Source: a virus (taxonomy: Duplodnaviria; Caudoviricetes). Taken from it: DNA of 60,506 nucleotides. Every line of letters starts with the position of its first letter. Position 1 is the stretch's first letter. Where the stretch lies: positions 1 through 60,506 of IMG/VR virus record IMGVR_UViG_3300010412_000013; one strand, written 5' to 3'. Positions 44,626 to 54,305 of this stretch are shown here, in pieces. Below the pieces are notes generated by a model. It was not told the origin of the DNA. It did no database searches and worked only from the letters and a program-made list of their open reading frames with translations. Both the position numbers and the translations under genes were made by a program.

Positions 44626-46549
44626 ATTTTCCTGCATTTCTTCCATTTGTTCTTAGCGGAGAATAATCATTGGTTCCTGCATTATTATTGTTTTGTTGTA
44701 CCGTATTTCCACCTATGATAATCGGTGCCATGAATGGCATTTGTTTTTTCTTTTCTTCTTCATCCTTGAGTTTTTGTAGGAGTGCATCAAAAACTTCGGA
44801 TTGTTTTTTCTCCATCGGTGTTGGAGGAAGCGTTTTAATTGTCGTTGAGCCTCCCATTTGCACACCACTAAACTGACCAAAGTTTGGAACAACGCCCATT
44901 TTCGGTAAGTCAATTCCTAACCAATCGCTAAATTCCCCAATCTTTTCATCTAGCCATCCAAAAATAGATTCGAACATATTTCCAAGACTGTCGAACAGGA
45001 AGCCAATAACATTACCAAAGAAATTCCATGCATCTTCCATAAATGTTCCCTTGTCCATACTTACGAACATTTCACCAATACCTTCCACTATGCTCTTCCA
45101 TGAACTTTTTAGCATGTTCAAGAAAGGTTCTGTGAATTCTGTTTCCGACAGGAAACTTCCTAATTCATCGGCACCAAAGAACGAAAGTATCTTGCCTATA
45201 ATAAATGTTGGTAGGTCGACGAAGGCTTCCATGACCAATCCTATTGTTGATATGGCGAATTTTGCTGCACCACCAATCAAGGTAGTGACAGCAAAAGCCA
45301 ATCCCTGTCTCAATTTTGATGCTATTGAATCGCCACTAAATTCCTTCATCCAGTCTGAATTCAGGTTTTCCCATGCCGCACTTAGATAACTTAGTGGACC
45401 AATTAATTTCTGGAACACCTTTCCAACAAAACCAAACAGTTTCATTATGGGTTTTATAAATCTCGATTCACCAAGACCCTTAACCCAATGCTCCAACCTA
45501 TAAAAAGTATAAACAATTTCATCGAAAATTTTTTTTGCCATATTTACAAGATTGGGCAATTTCATCTTAAACATTTCTTTAAAAATGCTGCCCCAGAATT
45601 TACCGAATGCCGATAGTTCACTTCCAAAATTTTTCATAGAATTTATTGCATTTCCAATGCTTGAAGCTATTCCATTTATTTTATCGGCAACCGCACGAAC
45701 CGGTTTGATATTGGATAATATTTTTCCAAATTCAGTAAACACATTTTTTGCTTTCATGTGTTTCATTTCATGTATCAGGTGACCAAGTTCTCCCCAGAAT
45801 GTTCTGAAATACAATTTCATTTCATACATGGAATCCGGAACATGAAATGCTGCAATAAGCGCACCCACTGCTGTACTGAGAGCAAGCAAATTTCCAGAGA
45901 GAGCCAACAACCCACCTAACATTTTTGTAAAACCGACTTTTACAACAAAACCAGCTATTTCCGCCATATCTGCCAACCAACCAAGACCCATTGCGTCTAA
46001 AAGTTTATCTGTTTTGGTTGCTGCCCCATGACCCTTCTCGCCGCGCTTCTCCCTTAATGCTTCAAGTTCAGCATCTTTTGTTGACTTGAAATCCTTAAGA
46101 AAAGAAAGCATCCCATGAACCATGGGTTTTGTGGCGAGCGTAATACTCGGACCAATTATTTCCCATCCCTTCTTTATACTTTCTGTAGACTCTGACAGTA
46201 AAGTTTGGATTGTGGCAAGAACTGGGTTATATGAAACAAATTTTCCAATGATTCCTTTTGAAAAGAATTCCCCAACTTTAGTAACTGCCTTGGATATTTG
46301 GTCTCCCTGAGCTTTAAGGGCTTTATGCATTTCATCCCAATAACGCTGTTCGGCAGTTCTCGTATCTTCCGGCTTATTCATTTTTGTTAGAACCGAGATA
46401 GCATCCGTCATGGCTGACATTGATGCTGTCAACTGTTCAATGAGTTTTTCTCCAATTTCTGCCTTGGCTTTTTCCGCAGCGGCATCCTTTACACCCCTGG
46501 ACTTTGCTACGCTGTCACTGACATTGGTTGTTGGTGGTAGAGTTGGCAT
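44624..46549 (-). CDS. Baseplate hub / tail-length determinant (gp29-like tape measure)
   Basis: 641-aa amphipathic helical protein with periodic W/F/G; position downstream of gp26/gp51-like genes. Confidence 0.6.
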   Translation of the reverse strand: MPTLPPTTNVSDSVAKSRGVKDAAAEKAKAEIGEKLIEQLTASMSAMTDAISVLTKMNKPEDTRTAEQRYWDEMHKALKAQGDQISKAVTKVGEFFSKGIIGKFVSYNPVLATIQTLLSESTESIKKGWEIIGPSITLATKPMVHGMLSFLKDFKSTKDAELEALREKRGEKGHGAATKTDKLLDAMGLGWLADMAEIAGFVVKVGFTKMLGGLLALSGNLLALSTAVGALIAAFHVPDSMYEMKLYFRTFWGELGHLIHEMKHMKAKNVFTEFGKILSNIKPVRAVADKINGIASSIGNAINSMKNFGSELSAFGKFWGSIFKEMFKMKLPNLVNMAKKIFDEIVYTFYRLEHWVKGLGESRFIKPIMKLFGFVGKVFQKLIGPLSYLSAAWENLNSDWMKEFSGDSIASKLRQGLAFAVTTLIGGAAKFAISTIGLVMEAFVDLPTFIIGKILSFFGADELGSFLSETEFTEPFLNMLKSSWKSIVEGIGEMFVSMDKGTFMEDAWNFFGNVIGFLFDSLGNMFESIFGWLDEKIGEFSDWLGIDLPKMGVVPNFGQFSGVQMGGSTTIKTLPPTPMEKKQSEVFDALLQKLKDEEEKKKQMPFMAPIIIGGNTVQQNNNNAGTNDYSPLRTNGRNAGK

Positions 46550-46552
46550 ATA

Positions 46553-46948
46553 TTATTCTTCTTTTGACTCGTCTTCTTTTATTTTTGTTTTACGTTGATG
46601 TCTCTTGTCATTGAACCTGATATTGTCTCCAAACTTCATAAGTGCGGCTGTCATACCGGCAATGGGTGTCAGTAGGGCACCGATGATTGCAGCAACATCT
46701 ACACCAGAGTATTTATCGGGAGGGGCAAGTGCCAGACCAAAACACCAAGAAACGCAATAGATTGTCAGGGCAATAGCAACACCAACAGCAATCCTTTCAT
46801 AGAGGTCACCTTCATCTGTAATCTCAAACAGGTTTTTCAGGAAGGGTCTAATTACAGACCACAAAAAATCAAAACCGGCATTGATGAAGACCGAAGCCAC
46901 ATTTAATGCCGACTTAAATTTTTCAAGTTTGGTTTTTTCTTGATTCAT
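46553..46948 (-). CDS. Two-TM membrane protein (holin-like candidate)
   Basis: Two hydrophobic helices and a charged C-terminal tail. Confidence 0.45.
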   Translation of the reverse strand: MNQEKTKLEKFKSALNVASVFINAGFDFLWSVIRPFLKNLFEITDEGDLYERIAVGVAIALTIYCVSWCFGLALAPPDKYSGVDVAAIIGALLTPIAGMTAALMKFGDNIRFNDKRHQRKTKIKEDESKEE

Positions 46949-47078
46949 AGTATTCCTTCTCCTTCAATAACTTGTCTTCTAACAAGCTAATGATTACTTC
47001 TCTTTCCCAAGGAATCATATCATCAAGTTCGGTCTGTCTGTAGTAATTTCCGGATACGACGAAAAAATCCATTTTCAT
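46923..47078 (-). CDS. gp51-like baseplate hub assembly peptide (may be the -1 frameshift extension of the upstream ORF)
   Basis: ELDDMIPWERExxxxLL signature; frame open upstream through a T8 run at 47113-47120. Confidence 0.7.
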   Translation of the reverse strand: MKMDFFVVSGNYYRQTELDDMIPWEREVIISLLEDKLLKEKEYYESRKNQT

Positions 47079-47107
47079 CCTGTTCGCCAGATTATCATGA
47101 CAAAGGC

Positions 47108-47848
47108 TTAGGAAAAAAAATCCCCGATACCCGAAAACTCTTGCACATGTACCTTTCCACATTTTGGGCAAGTGAATTGTGTTTTATGTTCAAGTTTTGG
47201 AAGGTTCTTTACATAATCCGCGAACTGCTCTATGACTGTTGCGGGAAGCGAATCAATCCAATCTCGTTGTTCATTTGCCGGAACGTCAGAAAATTTCGTG
47301 ACTTCCGAATCTTTTGTTTTTTCATAAACATAATCTATACATTTACGCAGCAATTCAAACAATGCATTTGATGTAGAATCCTCAAGATGCTCCTGAATGG
47401 ATGAAAGTGTGTTGATATCAGGAACACGCAGTTTCAGGAAAATATTTCCGTCTACCGATATCTCCTTCTTCAGGTTTTCAATATTGGTAACCCTTGCATC
47501 CAACAGGTTGATTGAATACTCAATCTTCTGGTTACATGTTTGTCCATCACCAATGTCATTATTGCAGGTCAATGAAAATTCAGAAATCTCACCGACAGAT
47601 TTTGCTCTCAGGTTCAGGAAGAACCATTCCAAATCGACGCTGCTTAATTCATCTGTCTTGAGGTCTCCATTGGTACAGCTTTCAATGATAGACGACATGG
47701 CATTAAAGATTTGTCGGTCTTCTTTCGACTCCATTGCCATCAAAAGGATTTTTTCTTCCCTTGATACAAATGGTCTGAACTTTACTTTTTTTCCTGTCGA
47801 CGGTATTGTGCATTCATATGTCGGCAGGCTTATCTTTGGTAATGACAT
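47108..47848 (-). CDS. gp26-like baseplate hub assembly chaperone
   Basis: MSLPKI..PTY...IPSTGKKVKFRPF...EEKILL, LRAKSVGE, CPKCG, terminal FF. Confidence 0.85.
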   Translation of the reverse strand: MSLPKISLPTYECTIPSTGKKVKFRPFVSREEKILLMAMESKEDRQIFNAMSSIIESCTNGDLKTDELSSVDLEWFFLNLRAKSVGEISEFSLTCNNDIGDGQTCNQKIEYSINLLDARVTNIENLKKEISVDGNIFLKLRVPDINTLSSIQEHLEDSTSNALFELLRKCIDYVYEKTKDSEVTKFSDVPANEQRDWIDSLPATVIEQFADYVKNLPKLEHKTQFTCPKCGKVHVQEFSGIGDFFS

Positions 47849-47880
47849 GGTATAATCTCCATAGTATTAAATGATTAATT

Positions 47881-48921
47881 TTATTTCAGGAAACTGAGAA
47901 TCGAATTGATTCCATTTCCTATGTGCAGCTTGTTTGCTGCATCAAGCACATTCGAATCACCTAGCTGCTCAATATCATCTTTCAATGATTTGAAATACTT
48001 GGCACCATCTGTGATGCTGCTTCCATTGTTATAGTATTTATTCACGGTCTTCTGTATTCGGTCAAGTATGTTTCCCGACTCCCCATCCGCATTCTTGTCA
48101 ACATTTTGTTCCATGAGTTTTAATTCGGCATCCAGTCGTGTCTTCTGAATGGCAAGCCTGTTCTCTGATGCTTGGTCTGCCGTAACTGTTTCTTCTTCCG
48201 GAGACTTGAAAGTCTCTAAAGGAAACTCTGCCTCTTCTGCATTGAAGTCCTCAACAATCCACCAAGCATATTTGAATGATGCGTTGAATTTTGCAAGTTC
48301 CCCAGAATCGTGGTTAAGCGCAATTGCTGACGAGTTTGATGGGAATGCCCCAATCAAACGAACCGCATAAACGGTTTCCAATTGCCTGTTCAGCATCTTG
48401 ATAACAATATCCCTTTTATAGTTTATGGGATAGTTGGAATTTCCTGTATTGATACTAACTGCCGTTGCCTGCCAAGCGTCGATTACCTTCTTCTCAAACA
48501 TGTCGGCACCACAACGAAACTGCATTTGCACCAAATCTGAACCATAGTCGTGGGCAAATGGAACAACAAAGTTGCCAATCCTTGGGTCTATTGTTGGTAG
48601 CAACCTGTTCGGCAAGTCTACTGACTCGACATTCATAATAAGCCTTTGTGACATTTCCTTGACACCGGCTGTTTTTAGTTGTGTTCTGACTTCTTGTGAA
48701 AAGTTTGGAACTTCAAATTCAATCTGGAAACGGCATAATTGCGCGTAACCATTGGTTTTCATATTCGAAACAAATTGCTCAAACAGTTTTGTTTTTTGGC
48801 GATAGACTTCATTCTCCAAGAAATTGCCATTGGTCTGCGAAGCAATAAATTCCGCTTCGGTCAAAGGTGCTTCATTTGGGTCGTAGAGAATTTCTTCTTG
48901 TGGATTTGTTGTGTCTGCCAT
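47881..48921 (-). CDS. gp54/gp19-like tail-tube initiator
   Basis: VESVDLP, W..., Y..DI.I..L......Y...L.GAFP...AI.L, F...F.Y.W tube-fold pattern; synteny after gp2. Confidence 0.7.
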   Translation of the reverse strand: MADTTNPQEEILYDPNEAPLTEAEFIASQTNGNFLENEVYRQKTKLFEQFVSNMKTNGYAQLCRFQIEFEVPNFSQEVRTQLKTAGVKEMSQRLIMNVESVDLPNRLLPTIDPRIGNFVVPFAHDYGSDLVQMQFRCGADMFEKKVIDAWQATAVSINTGNSNYPINYKRDIVIKMLNRQLETVYAVRLIGAFPSNSSAIALNHDSGELAKFNASFKYAWWIVEDFNAEEAEFPLETFKSPEEETVTADQASENRLAIQKTRLDAELKLMEQNVDKNADGESGNILDRIQKTVNKYYNNGSSITDGAKYFKSLKDDIEQLGDSNVLDAANKLHIGNGINSILSFLK

Positions 48922-48933
48922 CTTTCGTACCTG

Positions 48934-49530
48934 TTATTTTGTCATGCTTCTTGACTTGTTCCATACACTGCGCTTGTGTTCCTTGACAAAACGCTCGGTA
49001 GGAAGAAACAGGGTGATTTCCCATTCATTAGATGGAACCCTGACCATATTGCTTTTTATATGAGTCCAAAGATAACGCTTCACCACTGGTTTTATTAATT
49101 TTTTTCCGGAGAAGGATTTCAATTTTCTCCATGTGATTTCAAGCCTTGTTCTACTGTCATAATTGCTATCTGTTCTCATTTTCAAAATCAGGGCATATAA
49201 TATTGCCCTTTGCATTGGTGACAGATAGTGCAGGTTAATAGCCAGAAAACCCTTGGCATCCCAGTCTATGATGAACACCATCGGAAACACATCATAGTAC
49301 GGAAGTGTTTTCTTGTGCTTGGGGTCATAGACGAACATGAACATCTCGCCTGCTTTTTTTGGTTTTATCCTATAGTTGATATAGTCATTCTCAATCAATC
49401 TGGCAATGCGTAATCCTCGCTTTTCATTTATTTTACGCATGTTGGTTCGAAGCCATTCCCTTGACGCTGCGGTCTGGCTTGGAATCCCGTTGCTCAATAG
49501 GGCTTGTTTGACTGTATCTACGAATCTCAT
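48934..49530 (-). CDS. gp2: DNA end-protector protein gp2
   Basis: YDPKHKKTLPYYDxFP, INLHYL, KRYL, FLPTERF. Confidence 0.92.
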   Translation of the reverse strand: MRFVDTVKQALLSNGIPSQTAASREWLRTNMRKINEKRGLRIARLIENDYINYRIKPKKAGEMFMFVYDPKHKKTLPYYDVFPMVFIIDWDAKGFLAINLHYLSPMQRAILYALILKMRTDSNYDSRTRLEITWRKLKSFSGKKLIKPVVKRYLWTHIKSNMVRVPSNEWEITLFLPTERFVKEHKRSVWNKSRSMTK

Positions 49531-49535
49531 GATGG

Positions 49536-49543
49536 TATTTATT
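49536..49543 (-). promoter_or_regulatory. Late promoter AATAAATA
   Basis: tatttatt on + strand, ending 6 nt before the gp2 ATG. Confidence 0.55.
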
Positions 49544-49547
49544 GAAC

Positions 49548-50027
49548 CTAGCCGAGTTCATCTTCAGTGAATATCAGGAAACCCATGTTCTTTTTTATGC
49601 AGTAGGCTTCGGCTGCTGTCCACTTGGCTTGATTGACTTCATAGGTCAGGCATTCATTCAGGTATTTTTGAGTGACCTTGCTTTTCTTCTTTGGTGGCTT
49701 GGTCTGGGCTTTTGGCTTGACTTCTATCAGGAATTCCTTGGTTCCTGTTGTGGTTTTTACCTTTATCCAGAAGTCGACAAAATATCGATGGTACTGCCCA
49801 TCCTTTGGTGATATATAAGGTATGATGCATTCTTCTGATGACCATTCAAGTACACTAGGGTTCTTGTCACAATAAATCATGAACTTGAGTTCCCATGAAC
49901 TGCGATAGACGATGTTTTTCCAGTCTCCCCTATACTTCATAGGGTTTCTTATGGGATACCTTCCCTTATAGGTTCCTCTGTATCCCCTGTTGAACCTTGT
50001 CTTTTTTTTCTCTTGTTCAGTAATCAT
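49548..50027 (-). CDS. gp4: Head completion nuclease gp4
   Basis: YKG.Y...NP.KY.GD...I.YRSSWE, WSSEE, HRYFVDF, IEVKP, NQAKW.AA, TEDEL; start reassigned to 50027. Confidence 0.92.
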   Translation of the reverse strand: MITEQEKKKTRFNRGYRGTYKGRYPIRNPMKYRGDWKNIVYRSSWELKFMIYCDKNPSVLEWSSEECIIPYISPKDGQYHRYFVDFWIKVKTTTGTKEFLIEVKPKAQTKPPKKKSKVTQKYLNECLTYEVNQAKWTAAEAYCIKKNMGFLIFTEDELG

Positions 50028-50028
50028 A

Positions 50029-50061
50029 CATAAATAGTTTTGTGTTTTAACGATATTTAGG
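50029..50061. promoter_or_regulatory. Face-to-face late promoters: CATAAATA (+, 50029-50036) and CCTAAATA (-, 50054-50061)
   Basis: Both lie in the 44-nt gap between divergent gp4 and gp48. Confidence 0.5.
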
Positions 50062-50071
50062 TACAACTGCC

Positions 50072-51070
50072 ATGGCAGACAATAAAACCAAAACCCAGAA
50101 ATTGGTTGATAAGGCAAAATCAAATCCCTATCAGAAATACCGCACATTGATATATCCTAACGAACTTGGACAACCAACCGAGGGGCATACCAATTATATG
50201 CTCTTTAATATAAATTCTACAGTTTACCAGTCATCCGGAACATCCGATGCCAAGGATTTAGGCGGAAGTGTTGGTATCGTTACACAGTCCCCAACCGGAA
50301 GAAACCTGAACTATAACGTAAGTAATTTGGGGAAAATTAAAAAACCCATACCAAGAACCAATGTTTCCATTGCCCTTCCGATGACAGAAACCAGTGTCGG
50401 CGCAACCTATGATGCTTCATGGTCAAGTATAGATTTGGGTGTTGCGGGTGGAATGAAGGTAATGGGAACAAGTGTTACCGATGCTGCCAAAGAAATGGCT
50501 GAAGAAATTCAAAAAGGTTCTACATTTGCCGCAGAATTTGAAACAGCAAAAGCTGGAATTTCATCCAATGTTAGCCTTGGTCAGGTGGGTATTGCTGCGA
50601 TGCAGGCAGTTATGGGAGAACAAATAACACAGGCATTCAAACTTATACCAGACAGACAGGCAGAAAATGCCAGACAGGAAGTAATATTCAAGTCTGTATC
50701 AAACAGGACATTTTCGTTTAAACATACACTGGTTGCAAAATCACCACAAGAAGCAGAAACAATCCAAGCCATCATAGATACATTCAAATACGCAATGATG
50801 CCAAGCCTGCTTGGTGGTCAGAATGGTTATTTCGGATACCCTGATGAATTTGACATCACTTTCTGGCAAGTAGATGGCAATGGCAATGTAAGGGAAAACG
50901 ACTACATCCACAAGATATCAACCTGTGCATGTACGAAGGTCGATGTTGATTATGGTGGTGTAGGTCGTTATGCTGTCTATTATGATGGAAGACCTGTCGC
51001 CATCACATTGAACCTGTCATTCACAGAGCTTGAATTCCTGACAAAAGAACGAATCGAGGAAGGCTTCTAA
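50072..51070 (+). CDS. gp48: Baseplate tail-tube cap gp48
   Basis: L.YP, F....RTFSF...L..KS.QEA..I..II..FK..M.P, YPDEF, L.F.E.E.LT...I..GF. Confidence 0.85.
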   Translation: MADNKTKTQKLVDKAKSNPYQKYRTLIYPNELGQPTEGHTNYMLFNINSTVYQSSGTSDAKDLGGSVGIVTQSPTGRNLNYNVSNLGKIKKPIPRTNVSIALPMTETSVGATYDASWSSIDLGVAGGMKVMGTSVTDAAKEMAEEIQKGSTFAAEFETAKAGISSNVSLGQVGIAAMQAVMGEQITQAFKLIPDRQAENARQEVIFKSVSNRTFSFKHTLVAKSPQEAETIQAIIDTFKYAMMPSLLGGQNGYFGYPDEFDITFWQVDGNGNVRENDYIHKISTCACTKVDVDYGGVGRYAVYYDGRPVAITLNLSFTELEFLTKERIEEGF

Positions 51071-51072
51071 TC

Positions 51073-51570
51073 ATGTCGAAATATTTTGAACGAATTGGTG
51101 TTATTGAATATGATGTCTTGCTAAACCATAAGCCAAGAATCATCAAGAACATCATGCAAAAAATCGGGATACATGACAAGATAAAAAACACTAGGGAAGT
51201 TTTTATTGACTATCAGGTCGATGAAGGAGAAACGCCGGAAATCCTGTCACATAAAATATATGGGGATGTCAATTACCACTGGGTCATATTGTTGATGAAT
51301 GATATAGTCAATCCATATTATGATTGGGTAATGACCGAAGATGAAGTCAGGAAGCTGACAAAAAAGAGATATGAATCCGGATATGATGGTTTACATCACT
51401 ATGTCAATGACGATGGTCTTGTTGTCGATGAATGGAATATTGAAGCAATACCAGTAACCAATCTGGAATATGAGATATCAGAGAACGAGAAGAAAAGAAC
51501 CATTAAGATTCTTGACCCCGTATATCTGACGGTTGTTGAAAGCGAAATAAGGAAACTGTTCAGGTCATGA
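51073..51570 (+). CDS. gp53: Baseplate wedge subunit gp53
   Basis: GETPE.LS..IYG...YHWVILLMNDI.NPY.DW, HHY, EYE..ENE.KR.I. Confidence 0.9.
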   Translation: MSKYFERIGVIEYDVLLNHKPRIIKNIMQKIGIHDKIKNTREVFIDYQVDEGETPEILSHKIYGDVNYHWVILLMNDIVNPYYDWVMTEDEVRKLTKKRYESGYDGLHHYVNDDGLVVDEWNIEAIPVTNLEYEISENEKKRTIKILDPVYLTVVESEIRKLFRS

Positions 51571-52913
51571 CAGATACAAAAAACCCAACAGGTCTATACC
51601 AGTATGAATTGGTGACTCTGAATATTATCAGTCATTCGGGGAAACGTATCAATATACTATCGATGTTCAGTGGCATTCTTATTGAAGAGGATTTGTTTTC
51701 GGCTGGTATGCATGGCGCGATATCCATCAATGATGCTACTGGATTGGCTGATACACTTCCGATTATAGGTCAGGAAAAACTGGAAATTGCATGGAAGACA
51801 AAGGGAGAAGATATTGAACCCATCGAATTGACATTTGATGTTATCAGTATTGTCGGGAGAACAAAACTAAAGAAGAGAATGGAAAACTACACATTGGAAT
51901 TCATTTCGCCCGAAGTGAATGTGAACGCAAAAACAAGGGTTAGCAAATCCTATTCCGGAACCGCATCGGATATTGTCTCGGAGATTTTCATAAAAGACCT
52001 GAAGTCCAAGAAGAGACTTACGGTTGAACCGGCAAAACACTTTCAGCGTTTTGTTTCTCCCCACATGAGACCTATGCAAGTCATTGATAATATTTCAATG
52101 GGTGCTGTGTCTGCCGCTGTTGGAACTTCCAAGAAAATGGGAGCAACCTATTTGTGGTATGAAACTACTCGTGGTTTCTGTTTCCAGACTCTTGAGCATT
52201 TGTTCACACTGGATTCTGTCAAGACTTTCAGCATGACACCAAGTTCAGTCGTCAGGGATGAAAATGGTCTAAGGAATATTGATTTTGAATCAAGGGAAAT
52301 CAAATCGTTTTCTGTTGTACAGTCATTCGATACACTCAACAAAACAAAAGAGGGTATGTACGCAAATACAACAATCATGCATGACCCAATCAATAAAACG
52401 ATTGAGGAATATGACTACAATTATATCAGGGATTATGAAAATCATTCGCACCTTGAGGGCAATATAAAATCAAGTATCATTTCTTCTGGTTCGGGAAATT
52501 CTGTGAAGAGTACCGGTGGCTTCATGTGTTCTCCCTATGTTGATGAATATGGAATGACTATCAGCGACTATACAAAAAGTGTTATAATCCTGCACCCGAA
52601 GGCAACCCGTCTGTGGGATGATGTCGACAGTGACCATTCGGAAGAATGGAAACCAAAGAGACGACCGCACATGGAGCAATTAAACAGTTTCGAGGTCGAG
52701 ATATCAATCATTGGTGATTCGGAAATACAGGTCGGTGATGTCGTCGAACTTTTGATACCCACAAGCGATGTTGTCGAGGGTCAAGCCAATATTTATTCTG
52801 GGATAATGTCCGGAAGGTATCTGGTGACAGCAATCACCCATTCATTAGGTCTGACTGACTATAGCCAGAAGCTGATTTTGAACAAGGAATCACTGGTGGT
52901 TCCCATAACCTGA
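51567..52913 (+). CDS. Baseplate hub protein (gp27-like)
   Basis: I.EDLFS..M.G...I.D, LPIIGQE, GD....GD.V, SGRYLVTAI.H; follows gp53. Confidence 0.7.
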   Translation: MTDTKNPTGLYQYELVTLNIISHSGKRINILSMFSGILIEEDLFSAGMHGAISINDATGLADTLPIIGQEKLEIAWKTKGEDIEPIELTFDVISIVGRTKLKKRMENYTLEFISPEVNVNAKTRVSKSYSGTASDIVSEIFIKDLKSKKRLTVEPAKHFQRFVSPHMRPMQVIDNISMGAVSAAVGTSKKMGATYLWYETTRGFCFQTLEHLFTLDSVKTFSMTPSSVVRDENGLRNIDFESREIKSFSVVQSFDTLNKTKEGMYANTTIMHDPINKTIEEYDYNYIRDYENHSHLEGNIKSSIISSGSGNSVKSTGGFMCSPYVDEYGMTISDYTKSVIILHPKATRLWDDVDSDHSEEWKPKRRPHMEQLNSFEVEISIIGDSEIQVGDVVELLIPTSDVVEGQANIYSGIMSGRYLVTAITHSLGLTDYSQKLILNKESLVVPIT

Positions 52914-52941
52914 ACTACTGTATAGCCTTACAGTAGTTTTT
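52913..52941 (+). terminator. Rho-independent terminator
   Basis: AACTACTGTA-tagcct-TACAGTAGTT followed by T run. Confidence 0.75.
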
Positions 52942-52997
52942 GGTTATAATAATCTCGATTCTTATTCGAAACTATTCTAAAAATAATCACCCATTTT

Positions 52998-53046
52998 CTT
53001 GCGATATGGCATGGTTCGACTATAATTATATCGTGAATGAATGATA
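52998..53046 (+). promoter_or_regulatory. Early-type promoter CTTGCG-N17-TATAAT with GTGAATGAATGATA
   Basis: Near-duplicate of the -10/leader block at 19983-20011. Confidence 0.65.
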
Positions 53047-53067
53047 TTGATTATGGAGACTGAGAAT

Positions 53068-53865
53068 ATGTCTGATTTAAAAATTCCTTTCGGCAAGTAC
53101 CGTGGTCATAAATTGGCTCATGTAGCCATTTCTGACCCATCGTATGTCACCTATCTGGCTGGCATAGCCGACCCAAGACCCAATGGCGTTGCCGTTGTGG
53201 AAGCTGCCAAGGCTCTGGTTGCCTCTGGTCAAGTGGTTGTTCAACCCAGCTTCGATGGCGTTGCCCCCAGCAACCCAGCCGATGTTGTTCTGGCTTTCGG
53301 CAAGTACCGTAACTATCGTCTGGGTGAGCTTGCTGCCCGTGACCCGTCTTATATCGTGTACCTGTCGAACATGACCGATGCCAAGGGCGCGAATTCTGCC
53401 TTGGCTATCGCTGCCAGCAAGAAGCTGGTGGCTGAGAAAGCCATTCCTGAGCTGGTGGACTATCTGGCTGACAGGGAAGAAACCAACAAGTTTTCTTCCA
53501 TCATCAAGCAGAACTCTGACTATCAAGGTCAGGTGGGCGACCGCTTCGAGCGCGAAGTCAAGGTTGTCTTTGTTCGTCACATGGGCTATGCTTCCTATGG
53601 CTACCATGGTCATCATGGTGCTGCCAAGTATCTTGTGGTTGCTGTTGACAAGCAAGGCAACAAGTACAACACCTTCACGTCTTCTGAATGGGTTCAGGAA
53701 GATGGTGTCGAGGTGGGCGACATCCTGAAGATTACCGGAACCGTGACCCGTCACGAAGAAGAAAAATACGGTGCCCTTGCCGGTGCCAAGACCACTGTCC
53801 TGAACCGTGTCAAGGCAGTGTTTATCAAGAAAGTAAATGTTGAACAAGAAGCTGAAGTGGCTTAG
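53068..53865 (+). CDS. Two FGKY (DUF3820/exonuclease X C-terminal-like) repeats plus OB-fold-like domain
   Basis: PFGKYRG...DPSYV.YL twice; C-terminal G.VG.R...GD.L.I.GTV..H...T.LNR. Confidence 0.6.
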   Translation: MSDLKIPFGKYRGHKLAHVAISDPSYVTYLAGIADPRPNGVAVVEAAKALVASGQVVVQPSFDGVAPSNPADVVLAFGKYRNYRLGELAARDPSYIVYLSNMTDAKGANSALAIAASKKLVAEKAIPELVDYLADREETNKFSSIIKQNSDYQGQVGDRFEREVKVVFVRHMGYASYGYHGHHGAAKYLVVAVDKQGNKYNTFTSSEWVQEDGVEVGDILKITGTVTRHEEEKYGALAGAKTTVLNRVKAVFIKKVNVEQEAEVA

Positions 53866-53875
53866 GAGAATCGTT

Positions 53876-54025
53876 ATGAATACCTATGAAGTTACCTACA
53901 AGACCAGCGAATTCACTTTTCGGATTCGCAATATCGTTGCCAATAACACTGGCGTTTCGTTGGCATTGTCGCTGAAAGCCTATGGCATTTCCGCTTCACA
54001 AATCGTTTCAATCAAAGAGGTTTGA
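53876..54025 (+). CDS. Small hypothetical protein
   Basis: AGGAG RBS. Confidence 0.5.
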   Translation: MNTYEVTYKTSEFTFRIRNIVANNTGVSLALSLKAYGISASQIVSIKEV

Positions 54026-54026
54026 T

Positions 54027-54305
54027 ATGAGCATTCGCCTGTTCAACCCCACTGGTCGCAAGACCGAGGCAAGGGTTCTCGAACTGCAAGGGAACCGTTA
54101 TTACTTCTCCTATGAAACCTGCATAGGTTTCGAGGGATACTCTTACGCCTCTGGCGATAAGAAGCTGCACAAGGTTCGCCTTGCCAATATCTGGGGTCAG
54201 ACAACCGGCAAGCATATCCGTGAGCTGGGGATTGATGGCTTCCAAGTAATGCCAGACCCAAACTTCCAAGAAGTCCTGAAAACAGCATGTATAGGTGATA
54301 TATGA
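54027..54305 (+). CDS. Hypothetical early protein
   Basis: GAGG RBS; FSYET.I...W..TTGKH motif common in phage early genes. Confidence 0.55.
   Translation: MSIRLFNPTGRKTEARVLELQGNRYYFSYETCIGFEGYSYASGDKKLHKVRLANIWGQTTGKHIRELGIDGFQVMPDPNFQEVLKTACIGDI

Noticed and set aside
50028-50147. Extended N-terminus of gp4
   Set aside because: Overlaps gp48 on the opposite strand and the promoter gap; ATG at 50027 fits better.
53077-53847. 256-aa minus-strand ORF
   Set aside because: Shadow of the plus-strand gene 53068-53865, explained by codon bias.
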